Below, piece by piece: positions 25,752-37,255 of a stretch of 64,000 bases of DNA. Under the pieces are notes generated by a model. That model saw nothing but the letters and a program-made list of their open reading frames with translations, made no database searches and was not told the origin of the DNA. The position numbers were made by a program, and so were the translations under genes. The stretch spans positions 3,348,001 through 3,412,000 of the forward strand of contig OZ176056.1 of the NCBI GenBank assembly GCA_964247055.1, written 5' to 3'. How positions within the stretch are numbered: the first letter of the stretch is position 1; every line of letters starts with the position of its first letter. Source of the stretch: Paragordius varius. Taxonomy: Eukaryota; Animalia; Nematomorpha.

Positions 25752-27963
25752 TATTCTGATAGAAAAAGGTATCAGGATCATCATGGTGCTTTTGTTTTTT
25801 GTCCCTTTTTAGTAAAAAAGTAATTTCTCTTTGTGTTAAGTGCTCCATATCAGAAAAAAAATCGAGCACATTTTTTATAATAAAATTTGGTGGAAGCTAA
25901 ATACTTTATTTCAAGAAATATGACTAAACTATATCATAAACTATCTATAAAAAATAATATTTTCAAAATATTTTAATTTTTTGATTCTCTCTCTTTTAAA
26001 TGGGTTAGTTCATTAAAATAAACGCAAAAAGCCGAGAATGCGCGATAAAATTTTTAAAATACTAAATTTTAACATGAGAAAATTTTATTGAAAAAAGGGA
26101 TATTTTTACATAATTTTTAGCAAAATTTTGTTGGATTCTACGTCACACTATTTTTAGGCAGGTGGAAACAGTATAAAAACGCTTTTTATTATAAAAAACT
26201 TTATTAATTTCATGATGCTGAACATTTATATCATAACACTGGACAAAAAATTTTTCTGCCACTCGAATTTTTTGCATTTTCTGATATTTAGTATCATTTT
26301 AACAGTATATCTGAAATAATAATTATAACTCGATGGAAGAATTTTGTATAATTTGTTTTTTTTGATTATGCGCCCTCTTTATCAAAATTTTACTAAAAAA
26401 TGTTTTTCTTTGAAAATATACAAGTAATGCCCATTTGTAATATATCATTCGAAAGAGTAATAAAAACTCTATAAAATGCATACTATTATGTATTACATCG
26501 ACAGTTAATATTGGACACAAAGAGCGACAAACGCGCGAAGCGAAAGCAATTTTTTTAATTATTATATTTTTAAAACTATGGATGAAAATAGCTCAAATCT
26601 TGTTTAGATGGTGATGAATGTCAAAAAAGATAACACAAAAAAGTTTTTTTGAAAACATTTTTTTATTGCTTTTATGTCACTCAAAACAGCCATTTTTAGG
26701 TTTTTTTGTTTTTCAAAATTACCATCTCATCGATATTAATTTATTTTCTTTACGAGGCTGATCATTTCGAAATTTTAAAGATAAAAAACAAAGTTTAAGG
26801 TATTTTTGATCTTTAGTCATTATTTAATAAATTTACAGTTATAACTATGTATTTTAGTATCCACTAGGTAAATTATTTATGTTAATAATAATTTTTATTA
26901 AAAAAGTAAACCAAAAGCAATTTCAAACATTTTTTTTAAATTAAATACTAATATAACCCTAATAATCATATTAAAATAATTTATATGATTTTTAAATTAG
27001 TTTGTCTGTGAAAATTCTTGACTTATTTAGGGATTGAAAATGTCGACCATTTAAATCCAAATAACTTTTACATTCGATTGATTTAAATGACTTACTACCA
27101 TTTAAAAGTGCAGTTTTCTGCGCTCTTTCGAATGATATTAAATACATGGCTTCATATCTAAAACTTTTAATTTTCAAAATTTCGAGTTTAATGTTAAATC
27201 GGGGCCAAAAATTATCGATAAACTCTAATATAAAAAAATTCTTGCATGCTAGACCAATTTTCTTTTCAGATATACTAATTATGTACTTTAATGAAATAAA
27301 TTTTAAATTTACAAGAATGGCAGTTAAAAAAAGTTAAAAAATGTTGTCTAGTGTAATTATAATTAAAATATTCATTCGTCTTCAAATGTATGTCAAATAT
27401 AAATTGTATTTTTTATGAAAATTCACCAAAATTTGAAAGTAAAAGAGCTGAATTATTCTAAAGCCATGGTTTTTCAAGAAACGTGTTTTTTATAATAGCT
27501 ATAAACGTTTTATACCGTTTCCATCATGCCTTAAAATAGTGTGAAGTGCGCTCCAACAAAATTTTGCTAAATATTTTTGTGAAAAATATCCCTTTTTAAT
27601 AAAATATTGTTATATCAAAATTTATCATAATTTTAAAATTTTTTATAGCGCAATCCCGGCATTTTTGCGTTTATTTTAATAGAACGAGCCTTTTTTAGAA
27701 AAGCGAAAAAATTTGGGACTTTCGGAGCTCACATTTAAAAATTGAAATATTTTAAAAATATTGTTTTGTTAAGTATTTAATGATATAGTTCGGTGATATT
27801 TGGAATGAAGCATTTGGATCTCATCCAAAAAATTTTTATTAAAAAATATGCTCAACAGTTTCTGATATGGGTACTTACAAAAGTAAAACTTTATTATATC
27901 ACTAGCAAGGGCCAAAACCAAAAGCACCATGATAATCCTGATACATTTTCCTATCAGAATATA
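25752..27963. mobile_element. Foldback/long-TIR non-autonomous element, copy 2, carrying a central CACT element
   Basis: About 25752-26200 is the reverse complement of about 27500-27963 (ATTCTGATAG-AAA-GTATCAGGAT-ATCATGGTGCTTTT; AAATAAACGCAAAAA-GCCG; GCAAAATTTTGTTGGA). Confidence 0.8.
26237..27353 (-). mobile_element. Full-length CACT(A/G)GACAA-terminal DNA element, 1117 bp
   Basis: TAA|CACTGGACAAAAAATTTTTCTGCCACTC ... GAATGGCAG...GTTGTCTAGTG|TAA. Second copy at 2822-3710. Confidence 0.7.
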
Positions 27964-28779
27964 TATATTTCTTCAGGTTATTTTTTATGCCTTCCGATTT
28001 CGGACACAGTTATATGAGAATAAAGGGAAATTAAAAAAAAATGAGTCTACACCTGAATTACAATATTTTTATGACGTATTGTAGAATTTAAGGGGGATTT
28101 GATTATCGGAATTTTTTAGATTAAAAACTATCCATATTTTTGACTAAATTCTATAAATATAAAACTAGACTTAAGTTCAGCTTTAATTTAAAGTTATTAA
28201 CAATTAAATTAGAGGTTATATCAACCAATAGAAACAATAATACAAAATGAATTTTTAACTCCTTATTTTTAAAAGCCTATTGTGTTAATTAGTAATTCTT
28301 TTAATTAATAAATATTAACAATGTATTAATAACTTTCATGTTTGGTCTTTATTTATTTATGTATTTTCATGCAATAAATAATTTTATGGATGTAAAAACT
28401 TATTACAAAAACTATAGGTAACTACAACATCAGAATATGCTCATCATTCATACACAGTGACAAAACCTATAATACGATCGGCCATCCAGTTTGATTGCAT
28501 CAATAATTTTATCACCAGAGTTTATGCAAACAATATATATGTTTTGCTTTATCCTTAGGATCTGAATAATACTATAAATGCATTCATCACGGCCCTGTAA
28601 CGTTTATTATAAATAAATCAAATATTGTCGAATATATAATTCCTAAGACATAATTAAATATAAATCAATGGTATAAGTTTAATATATACAAGTGTAACAT
28701 AACATTACTGGGGAGAAAACTTCGTAGACGATTAATTTCATACGAACATCATTTTGTTTATCTGACATTAAATAAAACA

Positions 28780-29700
28780 CAGATACAATTTAAGTACGCA
28801 AGAAGTAAGGTTTTATTTTTATCATTCTGCTTGAGCTTGAAAAAGAAACATTTGTGGCACACATTTCCATCAGAAGGAAAAAGATATTGAAGTTACCGTT
28901 TGTTGGTAGACACATGTCGTGGACATGCTTCATCAATTAGTTTCGAAAATTCAAAAATAGTGTTTCAATGTAAAAGACAATAAGTGATCTGTTCGATTAT
29001 TCCATTGCAAAGACGATGAAAGTGTAAGAATTATAGGATGATGGGTCAAATAAAAATCAACGGTATTTGGCAAAAACATTATTTATGTGTATCACAAAAA
29101 ACAATCAATAGACGTGTACGATAATTTGGAAAACCAATAAACAATGAACATCAAATCAAAAAAATCACATTTGCAGCGAATCTTGGCGGGTGATGAGAGG
29201 GCTTTATTTATAAATTGAAGGCAAAAAAACCGCGGCTTTGATTTTGCCAAGTCGGTCTATCAACACCAGAGTCAGGTCGCTTTGGAAACAAGATCATGCT
29301 CTATGTCATGGAACCGAAGCGGTATTATGTAGTTTTTAAACCACGTAAAACTGTTAATACTTAATGCAATTGCCAACAACGGATTAATTTACATGCATCA
29401 AATAAAAAACGCCTAGAATAGGCCAGAAGACATGACAAAGTAATTTTGCTACAATGCTCCGTCTCATACAGCAAAATTAGTGAATGATACCTTAAAATCG
29501 CTTCAATGGAAGTTTATTGCGCATCCGCTGTACTCTCTTGAACTGGTGACATATAATTTATAATTCGCAAGTAAAGACAGACCCTAGCAGAGTAGCACAA
29601 TAACCCCGAAGACATTGAAAAAGGAAAATGGTTTCCGCAGAGACAATCAATTTTTTGCATTCAATAACTGCGATATGGGCGAAATGCGTAGTATAAACAA
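28780..29700 (+). mobile_element. Two juxtaposed degenerate mariner transposase fragments, the second Mos1/mauritiana-like
   Basis: Second fragment reads RILAGDE, GRFGNKIML, KPRKTVNT, QQRINL, YNAPSHTAKLVNDTLKSLQWKFIAHPLYSLEL, resembling the Mos1 catalytic domain as I recall it. An earlier fragment (about 28780-29160) covers the HTH-to-first-Asp region. Confidence 0.75.
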
Positions 29701-30342
29701 TATTTTAATTAAATAAATGATTCTCTCTAGCCTCCCTCTGTCAAGAAAAGTTTAATCATGTTTTTGAAGCATTTTCTGGGAAGGCTTAAAGCTAATGAAA
29801 TATATTTTGTACTTTAATGAAGGCGCCAAATGTAGAACAAATAGTTTAATGAATCGATTACAGCCACTTACCTTCTATAAAAGCGTCCAATCGGGTTATC
29901 TTAAATTAAACAAATTTGTGACTAATTACAGAAAACAATTGGTTAAAACGGAATTAAGAGAATCACAAATTTTTACTATTTATGTATTTTTCTCATTTAT
30001 CGATTTAAAACACATAATTAATATTGAATAATAATAGGTAGTAAAATTTGATAACATTTTACTGTGTCGCTATATATTTAAAAAGAGACCGGCAAATCTT
30101 ATCATAGGTTAAACCCCAACTGTATTTATTTCAATTAAATGGAAAACTAAACATGTATAATAATATTGATGATTGCCAAGTTAAAATGAAATGTGAATAA
30201 TTTTTTTTGAAAAAACATTTGTGCAAAATATCATGATAGCATCAAAAAAATGTAATTGAGAAAATTATAAGTTGCGGAACATTTTTAATTTTAAATGATA
30301 TAAATCAAATGTTTAATAAACATAATTTGGCACATAAATTGT

Positions 30343-31798
30343 TTAATAATTATTCCGTCTTAGCAAATCAATTACATGAGAAACTATCATTTTAGGTTCT
30401 TCCATAGCTCCCAATCCTTCATCACCGCACATTAAAGTTTTACTTATGGGTGATATAATTTCAAAGTGCAACAAATCCCTTACTATTTCAATATGCTTTT
30501 TGGTTAATGGATGGTCCCACATTTTGCTATTCATAGCTGGGGCCAAAATCACCGGTTTCTATTTGGGGCATAGACATTTTAATTTATAGATATGTGATGT
30601 CTTTTTTTGGCTAATTTTGTTTAAAATAAATTAACTTAAACTTTGGGACAGAAATGTAGTTTCGTCTAATACTATATATATATATATATATATAAATTGA
30701 CTTGCTATAGAATAGAAACCCGAAAACGGCTTTGACAGTCAGCTGTTTGTGTGAAATTTTTCAATATTTTCACAAATCGTACGAAGATTCGTACCGGCTA
30801 TTGTCAATGTTGTCATTATTTATAAAGGATAGCGTAAAAATTGTCCAATAAAAAGTATTTATGTTACAAATTAAAGCCGTTATATTGGAAATTTTTTACA
30901 CACTGAGTGACTTTTTATAGCAAAAGCTTGTAAACCTCTTCGTTGGTGGAGACAGAATATTTAAAAGTAAGCTTTTGGATATAATTACCAATTATAATAT
31001 GAATTGAATAGGTTTTATCATTTATAAAAAGTAGATGTTCGATGCCATGGAATTGTTTGCTACATTGCTTTTTATTTTCCTAAAAACAAAAGGGATATTT
31101 ACAAATTTTTTAAAACCACTACTTATCAAACATTAGGAAATCCAATATATGGCATATGTTGAGAATAGTAATTGTTTTTATTGTAAATTCCTTTGGGTAA
31201 AACTCATTCAACGCAATGATAAATGTTGAACCACATTTATAAAAAACCATTAAAATTTTACATATACATAAAACTTTATCAGTTTGGGTTAACATACCTG
31301 ATTAGTTTTATCAGAAGATGAAATGTCCCAAGCCCGAACTAAGCATGTTAAAAAATTGTCTGCAAGACCCGCCGCTATTTTAGCCAAAGTATTGGCATCA
31401 AGGGGAGCAATTAACAATGCATCAGCCCACTTTCCCAACTCAATATGCAGGATAGGATCGCCTCGATTTTTCCAGGAATCCCATTCATTTGTGTCACGTA
31501 GGATTAACGGATGTTCCGAATAAATAATATCGTATGGTGAACTTTGCCCTTTATTAGTTTCTACATTTTGACCTGCGCCATAATATTCATGACTAACCTG
31601 TTCAGGTACGAAAAAGGATATGGCTTTTTGAGTCGGGACCAATTTTAAAGCAACTTTCGTTACAGATGATATGTGTTGCGGAATATCATGTATTAAATGA
31701 TGAACTAATTCTTTAGTTTTGATGGCAGCTACACTGCCTGTAATTCCAACTACCAAATTTATTTGGCCTTTCGGTTTAGTATAATTAAAGTGTTCCAT
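30343..31798 (-). CDS. PPCDC: Phosphopantothenoylcysteine decarboxylase (HFCD flavoprotein), 2 exons, 238 aa
   Basis: Exons 31798-31298 and 30558-30343. Motifs GITGSVAA, PILHIELGKWADALLIAPLDANTLAK, APAMNSKMWDHP and LMCGDEGLGAM; catalytic His and Cys present. Confidence 0.95.
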
Positions 31799-32233
31799 AA
31801 GTTATTTAAAAATGAATACGTAAACCAAACCAAACACGAATTTGAATATTAATATATAAACATATGATAGTTAAAATTAGGTCACACATAAAAAATTTGT
31901 TACATTATACATATATTCCAACCCATAACATTAAAAACAATGTTCCCAATCCCATAAATATGGCACTAAAAAGTGCAATTAAAAATTCTTTTGTAATTTC
32001 TCGGCTGTATTTGTTGCTATTAACTTCATATCTATGAATATAAAAAAGTAAATCTTACACAAAAAACCAAATGGTAAAAAATAGACCAAATGATAATAGA
32101 GTCAACGATAAATGGGGAAACACAACAGGGTTGATAGGGCTAACGTACCTTTCCATTTGGCCAACACGTTTGCAAAATAATGAATGTGTGCTATAAACTC
32201 CTTTCGAACATATGTTATTTTAAAGGTTAGTTA
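31799..32233. promoter_or_regulatory. Putative bidirectional promoter between PPCDC and ATP6V0E
   Basis: Start codons are divergent and 435 bp apart; no specific core motif identified. Confidence 0.5.
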
Positions 32234-32578
32234 ATGTTAGATGCAATTTGGGTATTCGTCATAGTTACAGTGTTCTGGGGTGTTATTGGAATCGTTATAC
32301 CTTTAGTTATACCCAAAAGGAATCAAAGTCGAGGGTATTCATATTGTTTTTAATTATATGTAGACTTTTGCAACTTGTGATAGCTTTAACCGCAGCATGT
32401 TGTTGGCTCTTGTAAGATTTTACTACTTCTAAATTAAAAACATATCAATTTAATCATTTTTTTTTAATTTAGTTGGCTTTGTAATTTTTGTATGCAATTA
32501 AATCCCTTAATTGGACCAACTTTAGAGAACACAACTTATTTATGGTTACACCATCAATGGGGAACCTATAGACGTTAA
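32234..32578 (+). CDS. ATP6V0E: V-type proton ATPase subunit e, 3 exons, 84 aa, with a 29-nt first intron
   Basis: Exons 32234-32334, 32364-32411, 32473-32578: MLDAIWVFVIVTVFWGVIGIVIPLVIPKRNQSRGLLQLVIALTAACCWLFWLCNFCMQLNPLIGPTLENTTYLWLHHQWGTYRR, with the family motifs FWG, CCWLFW and QLNPLIGP. Confidence 0.95.
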
Positions 32579-33707
32579 ACCATCTCAATCTTATATAATA
32601 ACTATTCCACCATATTATGTCGCTATTTAATGTGTATACAATATATAAATTAAATATTTTATTTAATATAAAATCATAAATTGTAATCTTTACAAACATT
32701 AATTCCCAAATCTTGCCCGATATTGAATCGCGAGCACCACATTCCAATGATAGTACGTAATTGTTAAAATAAATACTCTCCTTTTTAATTAAACTTAACT
32801 ACTTTATAAAAATGCAGTATTTTCTTATAAAACTCAACCCTGTTTTTTATTAAGTTCGAGTTTCATTTTTTAAAAATATTTTTTGTAAAAATCATTACTT
32901 GATTTTAAGTTTTATTTTTAATCTTCATTTGTTAAATTGGTAAAATATTAAAGTTTATTAGCGTTGGGTTTTATTACCATCAAACAAATTTAGAGATTAA
33001 ATATTAATTCTTATAATAAATATTATTCCAAGAGAATATATTTATGTGCTGAAGCGCTATTTTTTTTCAAAAAACGCGTTAAGATTTGATGAAAAGTATA
33101 ATTCGCATTTTTATATTAACATGTTATCCCAACATTATTTATGCCTAATTTTCAATAACTATAGGAGAGAATAGATTATTTAATATGTATTGCAAAAATA
33201 ATATTTAAAATTAAAAAATTACACAACTCAAAAAATGATCACATATTTGGGAGTAATATGTTTTCATATGCGTAAAACATGAATATATTAGCCTTATAAC
33301 AAACCGCTTAAACGAAAAGTTTATGACTATTATAAGATTTCTTCAGCGAATTATAAATTAGCTTATTTTCAAAAGGTATACTTTTGTGATTATAATAATT
33401 TTTGTAAGATATGACCTTAAATACAGGGCGGCCAACAAAAATGGCTTCACGACCGCCTTTTCAAAAACGGCGGGCCGCTCTAATAAATTACAAAAAATGG
33501 TCCTCAATAAATAATTTATTATAAAATCTTGGGACTGTATAAATAAATTACTGCCATTTTATATCAAATTCGGTAAGATATATTTAGATTTGCCTATATT
33601 TTTAAGAATATAAAGTTATCTTCAATAAATAATCTTAATCTTGTTATTTTAACTTTCACTTATAGAAATTTAATTTTTTTACCTTAAACTCATAATAATT
33701 TATGATA

Positions 33708-33932
33708 TACCATTTACGGTTCAAATTCACACTTGAACCATTTAAATTCACCCTAAAAATAAATTATGTTTTTAAACTAATATAAATCATTATAAATATG
33801 AATGGCATACTTTATTATTTTTTCAGTATTATTTTAATATAAAACATAATTTTATTATTTAAAAATATAGGTAGTTTTTGATCTTAAATAACATACAATT
33901 TATTTGAGGGTGAATTCGAATTGTAAATAATA
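33708..33932. mobile_element. TA-inserted MITE, AATTCAAATTCACCCT subfamily (short copy)
   Basis: TA|TACCATTTACGGTTCAAATTCAC ... AGGGTGAATTCGAATTGTAAATAATA|TA; same family as 44305-44674 and 45044-45365. Confidence 0.7.
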
Positions 33933-34225
33933 TATCTAGGCCTAGGGTTATATATGTGGTATACATAAATACTAAACGGCTTAAAAATAAACCTTTATCG
34001 AAGAATAGTATTATAAACGAAATACATATATTCTAAATAAATTATTATTCAAAATAATTGAGTAAATACTAAAATATTTTCTTAAATTATAAACTATATT
34101 AAGTTTTTTTCTAATTTTTATGAGCTACAAGAATATTTGACTGATTTAATACAACAAAAATGAAATTATATCATATTATTTGAAAATATTTACCAACAAA
34201 CACCCGAGATAAATATATTATATAA

Positions 34226-35667
34226 CACTTTGATTCAAATTGGGGTATCTAAATACCCCAGATTATGGGTGGGGTGATAAAAAAGTCGCACTTGACTTGT
34301 AAGTCAAGCGTGGCAAGTTGAGCAAGTTTACTTAAGCCAGAAAGTGTACACTTGAAGATCGGTGATAAAAAACACTTAAGTCAAGACTTTTGCTTATGAA
34401 TGTAACATTTTTTTGCCACCTGATTCGACAAAAATTATTTTGACTCTTTTCAGCCAAAATTTATGAAATAAGGCACAAAATGATAAACAATTAATACAAT
34501 ATGCATTAATTTAGGTTTTTCAAACCCACTGGCAAGTATCTTTAATAGTTTAGAATTTAATATTGAGCCTGGTAATAATTTTTAGATAGATGAAACCATT
34601 CGCTCTTAAAACCCTTTCCTTTCTTTATCACACTACATTTTGTTCGAAGTCCATTTGCAAATATAATGGGAAGATGTTTATACAATATAACATAATTATT
34701 TTTAAATTATAAACATTACATTTGAAATAAATTTATGATGAAATAAATTCTTTACATTGGTTAATAGTGAAGTAACCTTTTGCTTGTAATAAACGAAGTT
34801 TGAAATTTTACAACTATTAATTTTAAGAAATTTTCGAGAATCCATTTTTTTGCGGTCACGGAATCGATATATTTAGCATATTATATATCATGTTATATAT
34901 TAGCAGAGTTTTTTTTATAAATTTATCCTCTTTTGTAAATACCAAATGAATAGAGTAATTAGCCAAAATTTATAAAATTAACAATTTATAGCAATAACAA
35001 AGGTTTGAATTACATATAAAACTTAAATTTTATATATAAATAGTTTTAATTTCATCCATATTTTTAAATCTGTCAAGTGTGCCCTACATCACACTTGCAA
35101 AATCTTTAAGTTTTGATCATATGATTATTTATCACCTCCTTATCAAGTTTTCTTGCTTGACTTAAGTGTAATGTCAAAATTTTTTTATCACATGAAAGCA
35201 AGCCATGACTTAAAAAACTTAGTCAAGTCAAAAAATATTTTTTATCACCCGGCCCTATATTTAAGTTAATATTTTTGAAAAACTACTGAAAACGGTCCCA
35301 ATTTAAAATGCTTCTATCATAATAAATGTTAAATAAATAATTCGATATATCCAAATATAATTTAGTTTTGAAAAAAAATCTTTATCAAACTACTCTGACG
35401 CCATTTTCATTTTACAACATTTTTGCAAATATCGGTTTATTTAATTTTAATGCTAATTTTTTTAAAATAACATTCAATATTGATAGAAACAAAGTGGTTA
35501 ATTTATATTATTTTTAGATTTTGATAATGCACTCATTATAGTGCAAACTTTTGCCATAATTTCGAGTCCTTTTATATTTTTTGAAGTATTTAATTTTAAA
35601 CTTGCCTGGGGTATCTAACTACCCCAATTCGAATCAAAGGACGAAATGAATGTGTTGTATCCAAGTG
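34226..35667 (-). mobile_element. piggyBac-type MITE, copy E, interrupted by a Harbinger-type element
   Basis: ATAA|CACTTTGATTCAAATTGGGGTATCTAAATACCCC ... GTATCCAAGTG|TAAA; family sequence is continuous once 34267-35258 is removed. Confidence 0.85.
34267..35255. mobile_element. PIF/Harbinger (Tourist-like) non-autonomous element, 989 bp
   Basis: TIRs GGGTGGGGTGATAAAAAA / TTTTTTATCACCCGGCCC with a 3-bp TSD TAT (34264-34266 and 35256-35258); the empty site in copy D reads CCCCAGAC-TAT-ATTTAA. Subterminal CTTGACTT/AAGTCAAG repeats. Confidence 0.8.
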
Positions 35668-35761
35668 TAAAAATATTGTTTTTTGAATAGACTTGTACCG
35701 TTAAAAAAGCCATTTATTTAATTATAAAGGTAAAATAATTTGAAAAACTTTTCACAACATA

Positions 35762-36396
35762 TACCATTTGCACTTCAAGGGTGTCCTTGAACACTTCAAG
35801 TTGGTCCTTGAACGTTTCAAGTTTGCCCTTGAACACTTCAAGTTGGTCCTTGAACGTTTCAAGTTTGTCCTTGAACACTTCAAGTTGGTCCTTAAACACT
35901 TCAAGTTGGTCCTTTGACTTTTTTGTTTTCTTTTTAACTTTTATCAATCAAATCGTATATCATTCATAAATTATCGTTTTAACCTATTTTTTATTATATA
36001 TGATAAATTTTAAATCAATATCAACTTTTAATCATTGAGAAATCGTATATCTTTATTGATATATTAATATTATTTTTATAATTTGTAAGATTTTAACACG
36101 TAAATAATAAAAAAATAAGTATTCTATGTTATTATTTACAATTTTTCATTATTTAAAATTTTGTATTGAAAAACGAATTAGTTTGAACCAAAAAAGTGGT
36201 CTTTGAATAGAAATATTTTTTTAAATGAATAAATATATAATAAAAGAAGGAAATTAGGTTAAAAAATAATAAAATACATTCAAAAATTATGATTAAATAT
36301 CAATTTTAAAATAAAGACCAACTTGAAGTGTTCAAGGGGGCCAACTTGAAATCAAAACCTGAAGTGTTCAAGAACACTCTTGAAGTGCAAATAGTA
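35762..36396. mobile_element. TA-inserted MITE, ACTTCAAGTTGGTCCTTGAAC subfamily, with 21-bp subterminal tandem repeats
   Basis: TA|TACCATTTGCACTTCAAG ... CTTGAAGTGCAAATAGTA|TA; about 7 repeat units at left (35770-35915) and about 3 inverted units at right. Explains the spurious ORFs 35714-35947 and 35781-35969. Confidence 0.8.
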
Positions 36397-37255
36397 TATA
36401 TATAAATATAGATATTATATAAATTAATGCTACTTAAAAACAAATTGCGACATTTATTATATTATATAAATACATATTTGAGTAATATATATTGATTAAT
36501 CTAGCTATAGACAAATATTATATTTTACAATACCACAGTACTTATAATAATGTTTAAATTTAAATAATGAATAATTATCAATATATAAACGTTAAAGCCT
36601 TCACCAATGCTAAAAAAATATATGTAATCAATAGAATAATTTAATGTGCCCAAAATATTATAGAAAAGTTATAGATATGGTCAAATTGTATTTTCTAAAG
36701 AAATTATTGTGCTTGTGAGATTTCATTCATATAGAGTTTTTATCAAGATTTGTTTATTAATTAAAAGATCATTACAATATTATATTATACAAGTGAGTAA
36801 TTGGTTTCATGATTTTGTTTTATCACAAATGCTTCAAATTAATTGGTAAATATATATAATGGATTGTATTAATAATTAATGAGAATGGTCTGAATATTTT
36901 TGATATTACAATACAAAGCTTACAATTTTAAACATTTTTTGATTCTTATTATAAGGTAAAATGACATTCTAGAAACACTGTATTGTGTAACATAGTATAA
37001 TATGTTAATATAAAGTCAAAACGTAAAATCTAAAGACTAATATTGTAAAACTTATTGTTTTGCGTTGCAATACCGAATAAAGATGTCGATACACTCTTAT
37101 TATAAATTTCACAATTGTAATCATTAAGCGAATTCTAAGATTCAATAAGTATGGTTAACTTTATAAAAAATATTTGCCGTTTTTTGTCCTTATAATGCAT
37201 AATTTTTTGACAAAAAAACGAGTGTTTTAATACATCTCACCCTTCCTTCTCACTT

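Noticed and set aside
28400-28640. About 48-codon open stretches on both strands
   Set aside because: No recognisable motif and no phase-compatible partner exons; cannot be supported as a gene.
35770-35915. 21-bp direct repeats (also 44330-44410 and 45055-45155) resembling a CRISPR array or a repeat protein
   Set aside because: No unique spacers, eukaryotic context, and the repeats recur inverted at the other end of a TIR element.
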